64,000 nt of DNA. Origin: Candidatus Dojkabacteria bacterium (GTDB lineage Bacteria; Patescibacteriota; Dojkabacteria; J137). The DNA is taken from positions 4,321 through 68,320 of the forward strand of contig JAUQWV010000007.1 of the NCBI GenBank assembly GCA_030834985.1. The letters are read 5' to 3'. The notes beneath the pieces were generated by a model that saw only the letters and a list, made by a program, of their open reading frames with translations, ran no database searches and was not told the origin of the DNA. This document shows positions 47,978-57,502 of the stretch, in pieces. How positions within the stretch are numbered: position 1 is the first letter of the stretch; each line of letters begins with the position of its first letter. The translations under genes and the position numbers were made by a program.

Positions 47978-49209
47978 GGTTTGTAGTCTTCAATTACACT
48001 GTCAAAGAAAGTTGCAAAGGCAGCTAAAAAATCTCTTACCTGCTCTACTTTGTCCCATTTGATTCTGTCTATTGTATCTTTTGTGCTATGGTAATGAGCA
48101 GGGTAGCCCTGTGTTGGTAATGTTGTTACCATTCCCATAACTCTATATCCATTTAGTAATACCTCTTGATTGTCAGTAGGAGCTGGGCTTGCCGATATCT
48201 TAAAGTTACCTGCTAAGAATTCATCAGCAAATTCTACCAGAAGCTCAAAAGAGGAATCGTACTCCGTAGGCAAGCCCAGCGGATACGAAGGCTCTGAATG
48301 CATCAAAACAACCTCTTCTTCTCCAATGCAATCTAAGTCTAAGATTAAAGTTGTAGATTTATCTAAATTTAATGCGTTTAATAAAGGAATAGTTCCTCGG
48401 GTTAAAGTTTCCTCTGCTGCTACATTTGCAAAAATTAATCTGGTATTTGTTAAGGGTACTTTAGAAAATATACTTGCCAATTCCACTACTAAAGATGTTC
48501 CTACTCCATTGTCATAAGCACCAGCTGAGTATCTATTATTACTATTTCTAAGAAGTAATATACTTACTATCAAAGGAACTCCAGCTAAAAATGCAAAAAA
48601 GAATTTTCCTGCGGTGTCAGGAATAAAGATAGATAGTAATGTAAGCACAAAGCTTATATTTGCAAATATTAGAGGATTGTTTACAAAATCTGGAATAGTG
48701 ATATTTCTGATATTTGGATCTCTAAACTGGCTAGCAATTAATTGATTAAAGATAGGCCCCAAAATACCAACAATCTGGCCATAATCGTTACCTGTATCAT
48801 AATGTCCAGTTACTACAAGCGTATATTTAGCTTGCCCGGCTGCCGGGATGTCTACATATATATTTTTAGATACTGTCGGTTTTACAGACTTTAAAAACCT
48901 AAAGGGTAAGCCAAAAAGCCTTAAATAAACCAAGATTGAGAATACAAATACAATTAAAGTCAGCACTGTTATATTTAAAAAATTCACAAGAAGAGTTAGT
49001 AAAACAAGTGCAAAGCTTATTATAAGATGCAGATTTAAGCTGTTTTTTAACGTTCTTGATTCTACTTCTTTAGCCCGCATACCAAAATATGAATAGACAT
49101 TCTTTAGGTATTCACCGGCTTTTTCTTCATAAATGGTGCCTGAGCCTCTGTGAGGTAATTCCATCATTTTTGTAAGAATCTCTTGTGCTAAGGTCATATT
49201 TAAATACAT
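47974..49209 (-). CDS. membrane-associated M28-family peptidase
   Basis: VTGHYDTG and AGAYDNGVGTS zinc-ligand blocks. TM helices in the N-terminal third. Confidence 0.65.
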   Translation of the reverse strand: MYLNMTLAQEILTKMMELPHRGSGTIYEEKAGEYLKNVYSYFGMRAKEVESRTLKNSLNLHLIISFALVLLTLLVNFLNITVLTLIVFVFSILVYLRLFGLPFRFLKSVKPTVSKNIYVDIPAAGQAKYTLVVTGHYDTGNDYGQIVGILGPIFNQLIASQFRDPNIRNITIPDFVNNPLIFANISFVLTLLSIFIPDTAGKFFFAFLAGVPLIVSILLLRNSNNRYSAGAYDNGVGTSLVVELASIFSKVPLTNTRLIFANVAAEETLTRGTIPLLNALNLDKSTTLILDLDCIGEEEVVLMHSEPSYPLGLPTEYDSSFELLVEFADEFLAGNFKISASPAPTDNQEVLLNGYRVMGMVTTLPTQGYPAHYHSTKDTIDRIKWDKVEQVRDFLAAFATFFDSVIEDYKP

Positions 49210-49358
49210 TATATATTTTTTCAGAAACTTCTTCAGTTCCTTTCTAATTAAATTTACAGGATTTTGCTTGTCTTTACCATGCTTAAGTTTTTGGCGGTTT
49301 AGGCTTGTACTTTTAGCTTATTTGTATTATCATTCCTAAGCTATTTTAACTAGAAATT

Positions 49359-49673
49359 ATGAGTAAATTTGCGATTTTAAAGCTTGGAAAAAGCCAATAT
49401 TCAGTAGAAGAAGGCAAGGAATATGAAGTACCAAAATTTGCAGCAGAAGTTGGGAAACTAACTTTAGATGATGTTCTAGCTGCAGGTGATGATAAAGATA
49501 TTGTTGTTGGAATGCCTAATGTAGACAAGGCTAAAGTAGAGATTGAAGTATTGGAGCACGCAAAAGGCGAAAAAGTAAATACTAAAATTTTTAAGGCTAA
49601 ATCTAGATATCGAAGATCAAGAGGCTTTAGAAAGCAGGTAACTAAATTTAAAGTATTATCAATTAAATACTAA
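49359..49673 (+). CDS. rplU: 50S ribosomal protein L21
   Basis: MSKFAILKLGKSQYSVEEGKEY… is an L21 N-terminus. 104 aa. Confidence 0.9.
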   Translation: MSKFAILKLGKSQYSVEEGKEYEVPKFAAEVGKLTLDDVLAAGDDKDIVVGMPNVDKAKVEIEVLEHAKGEKVNTKIFKAKSRYRRSRGFRKQVTKFKVLSIKY

Positions 49674-49696
49674 TAGGTAATTTTTAACTTTTATAT

Positions 49697-49990
49697 ATGG
49701 CACATTCAGCCGCAACCGGTTCAGCAAAAAGAACAGTAGATGTAGCAGGAAAAAGACTGGGAGTCAAAAGATTCGGCGGTCAATATGTTAATGCCGGCGA
49801 GATTATTATTCGACAAAGAGGATCAAAATTTTATCCAGGTAAAAACACATCAGTTGGAAGAGATTTTACTATATTTGCAAAAGAAGCTGGATATGTTCAT
49901 TTTAGAAGAATGACAGGTTTTAAAAGAACACAAAAATACGTTGATGTTTTACCACAACCAGTAAAGGAAGATTTAGCCGAGACTAAATAA
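49697..49990 (+). CDS. rpmA: 50S ribosomal protein L27
   Basis: AHSAATGS…KRLGVKRFGGQYV…IIIRQRGSKFYPG. Confidence 0.9.
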   Translation: MAHSAATGSAKRTVDVAGKRLGVKRFGGQYVNAGEIIIRQRGSKFYPGKNTSVGRDFTIFAKEAGYVHFRRMTGFKRTQKYVDVLPQPVKEDLAETK

Positions 49991-50013
49991 CCTTACATTG
50001 ATTTAAGATTTTC

Positions 50014-50048
50014 AACCCTGTAATATTAATTTATTGCAGGGTTTTTTA
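50014..50048 (+). terminator. intrinsic terminator (AACCCTGTAAT/ATTGCAGGGTT + TTTTTT)
   Basis: 11-bp stem (one G·U) followed by a T-run after rpmA. Confidence 0.6.
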
Positions 50049-50068
50049 ATATCTTTTCTAAAAAACAT

Positions 50069-50443
50069 ATGATCAAAAAGCATCTAAAAAGCTATAAGCA
50101 TGCCAAAGAAGGTTTTTTTGAGTTACTTACTATTGAAAATCATAATTTTATAGTTGAACTGGTTATTACCGCAGTTGTTTTAATACTTGCTCTTGTTTTT
50201 AATTTAAATTCTACAGAATGGATATTCGTGATTTTTTCATGCGGCTTCGTACTAACTACTGAAATAATCAACACGGCTATCGAAGCCGCATGCGACGCAA
50301 TCGATACTAAACCCAACGCTCAAATAAAGCTTGCTAAAGATGTAGCAGCTAGTGCTGTAGTTATGAGTGCAGTAACTACGCTTATAGTAGGTTTAATGAT
50401 ATTTACTCCTAAGGTGATAATTTTAATCTCTTCTGTACGATAG
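50069..50443 (+). CDS. dgkA: diacylglycerol/undecaprenol kinase family (DgkA)
   Basis: 3-TM 124-aa protein. N-terminal amphipathic helix with conserved E/N block (ELLTIENHNFIVELV). Confidence 0.7.
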   Translation: MIKKHLKSYKHAKEGFFELLTIENHNFIVELVITAVVLILALVFNLNSTEWIFVIFSCGFVLTTEIINTAIEAACDAIDTKPNAQIKLAKDVAASAVVMSAVTTLIVGLMIFTPKVIILISSVR

Positions 50444-50455
50444 TCTAGGAATTAA

Positions 50456-50977
50456 TTACATTTTGGCAAAAATGCGCTCAACTGTTTGCCAAGTACGTGT
50501 TGTAATCCCTTTACCAAAGTTTTTTTCTAATGTAAGCATGGCTTCTGGAGTCTTAACAACATCTAAATCTACTGTGTAGCAAAATACGCCGCCCACTAAT
50601 CCATAGCTTTTAAAATATTTACTGCCTTCCGGTAACTCACTTCTTTTTGGTGGCTGTTTAAAAAAAGTAACATTAGGCTTACCTTTAACGGCATTTTTGA
50701 AAGGATTTTTTTCAAGTAATCTTTGAATATTTTCTTTACTTTCTACAATTGTGGAAGAAGAAAACCCTAAAAGCTTCGGTAGCGCTGTTTCAATTTTGCT
50801 TTCCAGTGCCTGACTATCATTTGAAGAAGACTCAAATATTACATTTCCACTTGAAATAACTGTGCGCACATTTTTAAAGCCCATCTCTTCAAAAGCCTGC
50901 TTTAATTTTGCTGACTGCATATTAGGATTCATTGGCATAATACCTCGCAAAAGTGCTACAAAAGTATTTTTGCCCAT
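50456..50977 (-). CDS. DUF1697 family protein
   Basis: VALLRGI…K…MGF.NVRTVISSGNVIFES block. Confidence 0.55.
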   Translation of the reverse strand: MGKNTFVALLRGIMPMNPNMQSAKLKQAFEEMGFKNVRTVISSGNVIFESSSNDSQALESKIETALPKLLGFSSSTIVESKENIQRLLEKNPFKNAVKGKPNVTFFKQPPKRSELPEGSKYFKSYGLVGGVFCYTVDLDVVKTPEAMLTLEKNFGKGITTRTWQTVERIFAKM

Positions 50978-50982
50978 AATTT

Positions 50983-51399
50983 TTATGCCTGTGGGTTAAA
51001 ATCTGGGCTCATCCATAGAGGCTCCCAGATGTGACCGTCTAGATCTTCTACCTCATAGCCGAACATTGCATCTTCAGACATACCCATGTCGACTCTATAA
51101 TAGTCACCTCCATTTGCTTTTGCAGTGTCTGCAAATTTCTGAACATCTTCTTTTGAATCAAATGATAAAGCTAAAAGCACACTACTAGTTTTTTTAGTAT
51201 CTGCAATCTCACGGTTACGTGGAAATTTTTTGTAGAAATCATGGACTAGCAACATTACGACAATGTCGTCTGACCATTGCATAGCACTTGCATTTTCGTC
51301 TGAAAACATTGGATTCTTTACAAAGCCAAGTGCTTCATAAAATGCTGTTGATTTAGCAAGATCAGTAACTGGTAAATTTATATATATTTGTTTACTCAT
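50983..51399 (-). CDS. VOC/glyoxalase-bleomycin resistance family protein
   Basis: INLPVTDLAKSTAFYEALGF βαβββ start. 138 aa. Confidence 0.7.
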   Translation of the reverse strand: MSKQIYINLPVTDLAKSTAFYEALGFVKNPMFSDENASAMQWSDDIVVMLLVHDFYKKFPRNREIADTKKTSSVLLALSFDSKEDVQKFADTAKANGGDYYRVDMGMSEDAMFGYEVEDLDGHIWEPLWMSPDFNPQA

Positions 51400-51464
51400 A
51401 CTTTTTATTCTAATAATTATTGTGTACTAGAATAATATACCATGGATTATGCTTAAGACCGCGT

Positions 51465-52091
51465 TTAAAAATCGATGAGTATTAGTTTTTCTGTCTTATT
51501 GTTCCAAATATAGTTACCGAAGTTAACTAAATCTGGCATCTGTCTTGGAGGTTCGAAATCTGGATCAAATATCTCTTCTGCTGTAGGAATATACATATCA
51601 TCAAAGCCAAACTCTTTGGCTTCCTGGGGATTATTATTTACATATGTAGTTAGTATTTCTAGCATTAGCCGGTATTGAGACCGAACAGCTGGGTTGTTAG
51701 TTACTATTTGTCGGGATAGTTTCTGACCTGGAATATATTCCTGGAAAGCTGCGATTGTTAATTCCCCATTAGTATCTTTTATTACATACTCAGGAACTGC
51801 AAAAGAATCACCGAATACTCTATAGTAAAAGTCAGCTTCTTTTAATTTATATTCTGCAATTTTATATGGGTCTGTAATTGAGGGAGGGCCAAACAAGCCG
51901 CCAATGGTAGGAACATGCATTTTTTCTGGATCATATTCTTTATAAACTCTAGTAGGATTTCCCTGCGAGTCTAAAAGTATCGAAATGCTCTTGGCTTCAT
52001 ACCCAGTTTCTATACTTTTTGCGGTTAGTGTATTAGAGAAGATTCTGTTATCCATTTTCATAATTCTAACAATAGTTACATTTAGGCTCAA
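51465..52091 (-). CDS. hypothetical protein
   Basis: ORF only. Likely start at an internal Met (MKMDNRIF). Confidence 0.45.
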   Translation of the reverse strand: MSLNVTIVRIMKMDNRIFSNTLTAKSIETGYEAKSISILLDSQGNPTRVYKEYDPEKMHVPTIGGLFGPPSITDPYKIAEYKLKEADFYYRVFGDSFAVPEYVIKDTNGELTIAAFQEYIPGQKLSRQIVTNNPAVRSQYRLMLEILTTYVNNNPQEAKEFGFDDMYIPTAEEIFDPDFEPPRQMPDLVNFGNYIWNNKTEKLILIDF

Positions 52092-52108
52092 TGAAGAATT
52101 TTATCAAT

Positions 52109-52194
52109 TGCTGAAGACAGGACTTGAACCTGCACCCCATTTAATTGGGACAACGACCTCAACGTTGCGCGTATACCAATTCCGCCACTTCAGC
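52109..52194 (-). tRNA. tRNA-Leu (anticodon GAG), class II with long variable arm
   Basis: Acceptor GCTGAAG/CTTCAGC. Anticodon loop TTGAGGT. Variable arm TCCCAATTAAATGGGGT. T-loop TTCAAGT. Confidence 0.8.
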
Positions 52195-52202
52195 ATAAAT
52201 TG

Positions 52203-52703
52203 TTAAGTACGTCTAAACCCTTTTTGACGAAGATCTTCGTAGGTTAATGGCTTTTTTGTTGGGTTTAAGTTTTTCATTTTTGAAATTCTAAAAAAAGCCA
52301 TTACATGATCTCCTCCAAAATCATCCCATTTAAAAACTTCAAGCCATATTGCTGATATTGCAGTTTTTAAATAAGGAAGTGCACGTTCATCGTACATTAA
52401 TCTATCTTCTAAGCCCTTTAATTTATCAAAATATCTGCCTGACTTATAGCCTAGTGTTCGTACTAAATCTATGTCTTCGTAAGATAAATACTGCAGAATA
52501 CATTTAGGATTAGTCTTTAAGTTTTCAAACGTCTTAGTATGCTTTTGGATAGCAATAGCCATGAACTTTGGATTCGCAGATACCTTAGTTACATAAGTAC
52601 AAATATTCATATTAGCTTTAGGAGCTTTTTCTAGGGTCGACAAAGCATAAACCTGAAAGTTTACAATATTCCACGGATTCTTTCGGCTAACAGCCATATT
52701 CAA
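52203..52703 (-). CDS. flavin reductase-like (FMN-binding split-barrel) domain protein
   Basis: Size and loose pattern similarity only. Confidence 0.4.
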   Translation of the reverse strand: MNMAVSRKNPWNIVNFQVYALSTLEKAPKANMNICTYVTKVSANPKFMAIAIQKHTKTFENLKTNPKCILQYLSYEDIDLVRTLGYKSGRYFDKLKGLEDRLMYDERALPYLKTAISAIWLEVFKWDDFGGDHVMAFFRISKMKNLNPTKKPLTYEDLRQKGFRRT

Positions 52704-52755
52704 AAACCTTTATATGCATGGATTATACAATAAGTAATGTTTAGGGCGAAATTCC

Positions 52756-53772
52756 TTACAAAATTCCGCTGGCTATAAGACTTGAATACAGATTATATAA
52801 GGCAAAAAGGATTACTATTAATCCGGCAGTTTTGAAGAAAACTGATGATTGCAATGTTTTAGACAACTTAATAGAGGCAAAACTGATTAATGCTAAAACC
52901 GGAAATGTACCAAGTGCAAATACAAACATTGTTATAGCGCCATTCACAAAACTGCCGGTACCTAAAGAAAATATCTGCATGCTTTGTGTAAAGCCGCAAG
53001 GCAAGAAGAACGTTATTGCTCCTAAGATAGCTGGAGTTATTAAATTGATTTTTCCTTTTTGTTCATCTGAATTTAAATGTGACTTAACAAGGGACTTAGG
53101 CATTCGAGGCAATAGTTTGGTAGCAAACTCAAAGCCTAACAGATTTAATCCCATTAAAACTAAGACAAGAAACAAAATTAGGTTTATTATAAGTGTTGTT
53201 TGCATTGTTAAGGTAAATGCTGAGCCGATTAGCCCAATCACTCCACCTAAAACGAAAAACGATACTAATCGGCTCATATGAAATGTTATTAAGGCTTTAG
53301 TAGCTCCAACTTTTGCGTATTGACTTGAGATCGATAAAACTAAGCTACCTACAACTGCCATGCAAGTAGAAATTGAGGCGATTATTCCAATGAAAAATAC
53401 GAATGCTAAATTAATTTCAGCAGCGCCGTAGTTTTCTGCAATTCCGGTTGCTTGAATTCCAAAGAATATAGCAACAACTAAGATTGCAATAGCTAAGGCT
53501 GTAATGTAATCTCGAAGTTCTTTTTTTGAAAGAGATCTTTTATTTTTTACACTATTATCTTCTAAAGAATAACCGTCTTCATTGATTTGAGAATCTATCT
53601 TATTTTTTAAAGAAGATAAATCAGTATTATCTTTGACTTGTAGATGCAGAGTGCCGCTTGAAAGCTTAGCGTCTGCTTTTTTAACACCATCTAATTTGGA
53701 AACTTTATTTTCTATAACTAGTTCGCAAGCGGCACATTTCATGCCGTTTATTTTTAATTCTACTTCTTTCAT
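52756..53772 (-). CDS. HMA-domain-fused polytopic membrane protein with intramembrane Cys motifs
   Basis: N-terminal GMKCAACE heavy-metal-associated fold. Six or more TM segments with …STCMAV… and …FLPCGFT…. Confidence 0.6.
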   Translation of the reverse strand: MKEVELKINGMKCAACELVIENKVSKLDGVKKADAKLSSGTLHLQVKDNTDLSSLKNKIDSQINEDGYSLEDNSVKNKRSLSKKELRDYITALAIAILVVAIFFGIQATGIAENYGAAEINLAFVFFIGIIASISTCMAVVGSLVLSISSQYAKVGATKALITFHMSRLVSFFVLGGVIGLIGSAFTLTMQTTLIINLILFLVLVLMGLNLLGFEFATKLLPRMPKSLVKSHLNSDEQKGKINLITPAILGAITFFLPCGFTQSMQIFSLGTGSFVNGAITMFVFALGTFPVLALISFASIKLSKTLQSSVFFKTAGLIVILFALYNLYSSLIASGIL

Positions 53773-56120
53773 AATTTACTATATTTTAATCTTAATGAAT
53801 TAGATACTACTGAAACGCTGCTTAACGCCATTGCTAATCCTGCAAAAGCTGGATTTAATAAAATTCCAAAAAGTGGGTATAGAATACCAGTTGCTAAAGG
53901 AATACCTACAATATTGTAAGCAAATGCCCAGAATAGATTTTGTTTAATAGCCTTTAAGGTAAATTTAGAAAGTTTAATAGCCTGTAATACTTTAGAAAAA
54001 TCTCCTTTTAATAGAGTAATAGAAGCTGATTCAATTGCTACATCAGTTCCAGTACTCATTGCAATGCCTATGTCGGCTTGAGCAAGTGCGGGTGCGTCAT
54101 TCACACCATCTCCAACCATTGCAACAATATTGCCTTCACTTTGCAGCTGTTTAATTTTTTCTGCTTTTTGATTAGGTAAGACCTCGGCGATAACCTGGTC
54201 AATACCCGCTTGTTTAGCAATATAGTTGGCTACTTCCAGGTTATCGCCTGTAAGCATTACAACTTTTAGCCCAAGTTTATGAAGTGCTTTTATAGTTGTT
54301 ACTGCGTTTGGTTTTAATGTATCTGCAAGTCCTAAAATAGCAAGAATCTTTTTAGATGACATTAAAATTACAGGAGTTTTGCCATCGCTTATAAGTTGTT
54401 CAATAAGCGTTTTTTCGAATTTTAAGTCTAAATCCTCAACGAGTTTTAGATTACCAGCAAAGTATTGTTCATTATTTATTTTTCCTTTTAAACCTTTACC
54501 TTCAATAATAGAGAAATCTTCAACCTGATCTAATTCAATATTTTCACCTTGAGACTTGTTGATTATAGCTTTAGCTAAAGGGTGCTCTGAGTATTTTTCT
54601 AAAGATGAAATTATTTTAAGTAAATCTTTTTCTGATTTACTATCATCTACTACAAGTATATCTGTAACTTCCGGTTCTCCTTTTGTAATTGTCCCAGTTT
54701 TGTCAGTAACAATAACTTTCACTTTACTTAGTTTTTCTAAGCTTTCAGCATCTTTAATCAAAATACCGTTTTGAGCACCTTGACCTGTTCCGACAATAAT
54801 CGCTGTTGGTGTTGCTAATCCTAATGCACAAGGGCAGGCAATTATAAGAACTCCGGTAAAGCAGAGTAACCCAAAAGATAAGCTCTCTGAAAAAGGCATA
54901 AAATTAGAGCCTATAACTAACCATGCAACTAATGTTATTACTGCAATAATAAGAACAAGCGGTACAAATACAGATGAGACTTTATCTGCTAATCCCTGAA
55001 TTGGTGCTTTTGAGCCTTGAGCTTCATCTACCATAGTAATAATTTGAGCTAATAATGTTGCCTGCCCAATTTTTGTAGCCTTAAATTTAAGGCTACCTTG
55101 TTTGTTGATTGTTCCTCCAATAATTAAATCACCCACAGTTTTATCTACAGGGATTGCTTCTCCTGTGATCATTGATTCATCTACTGCAGATGATCCTTCA
55201 ATAATTTCTCCGTCTACAGCAATCTTACTGCCAGGTTTTACAATAATGATATCGCCTACTATAACTTCTTCAATTTTAATTTCAATCTCCTTACCATCTC
55301 TTTCTACAATTGCTGTTTTTGCTTGAAGACTCAGTAGCTTTTCAATTGCTTCACTTGTTTGAAGTTTGGATCTAGTTTCTAAATATTTACCTAAATATAC
55401 AAAGCCGATAACTACGATTGTTACATCAAAATATACATGCTCTGGTAGGTTTAATACTTCACGAATTTCTGTAAACAAAGTGACAATTGTACTGTAGATA
55501 AATGCAGTCAGTGTTCCAATTCCAATTAATGTATACATATTGGCCGCCCGATATTTTATAAATATCCATACCTCTTTTAAAAATTCTCCACCAACCCAAA
55601 ATAAAATTACTGCTGCAACTATAAGTAATAGTTTTTGCATTAAACTCTCTGGAATTGGCAGCATTGGAAGCCCAAAATTTTTAGAAAGAATATCCCAAAT
55701 CATTACTGCAAAAGTGAATAGAGCAACAGGAAGAGAAACCATTACTTTTCGTTTTTGATTGGCCAACTCTTTGAGCTTATCTTCTTTAGATTGATTAAGG
55801 CCTAAATGAGCAGAGTGATCAATACCATTGATATCCATTGCAGAATCTTCCATTACAGTCCCGTCTGGCATAATATGTTTTCCTAAATGATTTGCAGGTT
55901 GCTCGATGTTTGCTAAACGATAGCCTAGCTTTTCAATTTTTTTACTTAAATCTTGAATTGTTGTTTTAGTAGGATCAAATTTAATTTTTGCTTTTTCATT
56001 GCCGTAATTAACATCGCACTCAACTACTCCATCAGCTTTTTTTAAAGTATTTTGAATGGTTATTGCGCAAGAAGCGCATGCCATTCCGATTACTGGAACA
56101 TTTATTGTAGAAAGCTTCAT
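53769..56120 (-). CDS. copA: copper-translocating P1B-type ATPase
   Basis: N-terminal HMA (GMACASC). CPC in TM6. DKTGTIT. GDGVNDAPAL. Confidence 0.95.
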   Translation of the reverse strand: MKLSTINVPVIGMACASCAITIQNTLKKADGVVECDVNYGNEKAKIKFDPTKTTIQDLSKKIEKLGYRLANIEQPANHLGKHIMPDGTVMEDSAMDINGIDHSAHLGLNQSKEDKLKELANQKRKVMVSLPVALFTFAVMIWDILSKNFGLPMLPIPESLMQKLLLIVAAVILFWVGGEFLKEVWIFIKYRAANMYTLIGIGTLTAFIYSTIVTLFTEIREVLNLPEHVYFDVTIVVIGFVYLGKYLETRSKLQTSEAIEKLLSLQAKTAIVERDGKEIEIKIEEVIVGDIIIVKPGSKIAVDGEIIEGSSAVDESMITGEAIPVDKTVGDLIIGGTINKQGSLKFKATKIGQATLLAQIITMVDEAQGSKAPIQGLADKVSSVFVPLVLIIAVITLVAWLVIGSNFMPFSESLSFGLLCFTGVLIIACPCALGLATPTAIIVGTGQGAQNGILIKDAESLEKLSKVKVIVTDKTGTITKGEPEVTDILVVDDSKSEKDLLKIISSLEKYSEHPLAKAIINKSQGENIELDQVEDFSIIEGKGLKGKINNEQYFAGNLKLVEDLDLKFEKTLIEQLISDGKTPVILMSSKKILAILGLADTLKPNAVTTIKALHKLGLKVVMLTGDNLEVANYIAKQAGIDQVIAEVLPNQKAEKIKQLQSEGNIVAMVGDGVNDAPALAQADIGIAMSTGTDVAIESASITLLKGDFSKVLQAIKLSKFTLKAIKQNLFWAFAYNIVGIPLATGILYPLFGILLNPAFAGLAMALSSVSVVSNSLRLKYSKL

Positions 56121-56533
56121 ACAAATTTGATCTTTAATAAATACATACCCATTGAGCAGGCTGCTGTGATCTCTGTTCCAGCAGCCTGCTCCCCTAAATT
56201 GACCAAAGTTTCTCCGTTTGGCGGAAGAAACTTTGAATAGGCGAGTGCTGGAATTTGGAATGCTGCACTGCAGTCAAATGCTTGATTAGAAATTAGTTTT
56301 AAAACAGTTTTAGTATTAGCTTTAGCTTCTATATAATTTGGAGTGTATCCACCTTTTACAGTAACTTCTACAACCTGGGTATTCTCGTCAATTGCAGTAT
56401 CTTCTGTATTTACTTTATTGATATCTCCACTGTTGGATTTATTTTGGAACAAAAGAAAGAGTAAAAAAATTACTGCTGCAACTATTATTATAACTACAAT
56501 AATATTACTTGAATTGTTTTGCTCTTCTTCCAT
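56117..56533 (-). CDS. membrane-anchored cupredoxin-like copper-binding protein
   Basis: YTPN…CS…LP.NGE…CSMGM pattern of cupredoxin_1-type domains. Overlaps copA by 4 nt. Confidence 0.6.
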   Translation of the reverse strand: MEEEQNNSSNIIVVIIIVAAVIFLLFLLFQNKSNSGDINKVNTEDTAIDENTQVVEVTVKGGYTPNYIEAKANTKTVLKLISNQAFDCSAAFQIPALAYSKFLPPNGETLVNLGEQAAGTEITAACSMGMYLLKIKFV

Positions 56534-56537
56534 ATTT

Positions 56538-56792
56538 TTATTTTAAATCGAAGATCTTAACCAATTCATCAATCGCCTTGCTTTTATCATGTTTTAAATT
56601 ATGTTCTAAACATGAATTTAGGTGATTTTTTAAAAGTGTCTTTTTGGCGGATTCTAAAAGGCCAGTTACAGCATCAATCTGCTGAATAATCTCAGGACAG
56701 TATCTATCTTCTTCTATCATTTCGGATACTTTTTTTAAGATCCCAGAAGCTTTCTTTATAGATAGATCTGTTTTTTGCTTTACTTCAGTCAT
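56538..56792 (-). CDS. csoR: CsoR/RcnR-family metal-sensing transcriptional repressor
   Basis: EEDRYCPEI…H…C signature. 84 aa. Confidence 0.8.
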   Translation of the reverse strand: MTEVKQKTDLSIKKASGILKKVSEMIEEDRYCPEIIQQIDAVTGLLESAKKTLLKNHLNSCLEHNLKHDKSKAIDELVKIFDLK

Positions 56793-56796
56793 TTAA

Positions 56797-56827
56797 TTTA
56801 TTTTAAAAAATTAACCATATACCTAGA
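56797..56827. promoter_or_regulatory. candidate CsoR operator (pseudo-palindrome ATACCTAGATACCAGGTTA)
   Basis: Imperfect ACCT…AGGT dyad immediately upstream of the csoR start codon. Confidence 0.25.
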
Positions 56828-57033
56828 TACCAGGTTAGCTTAATTTTAATATACTTGTCAATCAAAAATATACCGTTAAGAAACGAACTCTTTAATTAAC
56901 TCTTCGATACAGTTATTAAAGTCTTTTAGGTTTAAAAGTACAAACGATATTGTATCGGCAGCTATGCCTCTTTGTAGTTTAAAATTATGGAAATCTTACT
57001 CTAAATAGGGTAAAATTCATAGCTTCAACTTAT

Positions 57034-57107
57034 GGGGTGATAGCTCAACTGGTTAGAGCATCCGCCTGTCACGCGGAAGGTTGAGGGTTCGAATCCCTTT
57101 CATCCCG
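57034..57107 (+). tRNA. tRNA-Asp (anticodon GUC)
   Basis: Acceptor GGGGTGA/TCATCCC. Anticodon loop CTGTCAC. T-loop TTCGAAT. Discriminator G. No encoded CCA. Confidence 0.9.
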
Positions 57108-57149
57108 TTTTTGCCTTCTTGAAATGCCCTTTTTATGTAATAATATAAC

Positions 57150-57178
57150 TTGAATTTATTATAGAATGGATATATAAT
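57150..57178 (+). promoter_or_regulatory. sigma70-like promoter TTGAAT-17-TATAAT
   Basis: Canonical hexamers about 35 nt upstream of the ATG at 57212. Confidence 0.4.
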
Positions 57179-57211
57179 ATGTGCGTACCTTGAAGTAGGA
57201 GAAAGCTAAGA

Positions 57212-57436
57212 ATGAACGTCGAACGTGTCCGCTTTGTTGCTAAGCTGATGGGTCTAGCAGGTGTACTTATCCTAGTTGGATTCATTTTCAACACTGAAGT
57301 AAATACCCCTGAGCGCTGGTTGTTCGATGGCTGGTTGCCGAAAGGTGACTTTGCTTTAATTTCTTTAGGCGCGGCATTCGTTCTTTGGATGTTTGCTGCA
57401 GCCCTCTGGTATATTACCGGGGGCGAAAAACAATAA
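57212..57436 (+). CDS. small GC-rich membrane protein (74 aa, 2 TM), compositionally foreign
   Basis: AGGAGA SD. GC-rich codon usage (CTG, GGC, GCC). GC hairpin terminator follows. Confidence 0.55.
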   Translation: MNVERVRFVAKLMGLAGVLILVGFIFNTEVNTPERWLFDGWLPKGDFALISLGAAFVLWMFAAALWYITGGEKQ

Positions 57437-57453
57437 TTTTCCTGTCTTCAAGT

Positions 57454-57487
57454 TTGGGCACCGCGGTAGCGGTGCCCAAAGTCTTTC
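57454..57487. terminator. intrinsic terminator (TTTGGGCACCGC-GGTA-GCGGTGCCCAAA + tcTTTc)
   Basis: 12-bp perfect stem. Confidence 0.6.
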
Positions 57488-57502
57488 TAAGGATTAATCT
57501 TC

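Noticed and set aside
52832-56546. Plus-strand ORFs across the copper operon (52832-53281, 54556-54774, 55102-55326, 55540-55758, 56052-56240, 56343-56546)
   Set aside because: They are antisense to copA, the HMA permease and the cupredoxin gene, all of which have strong motif support.
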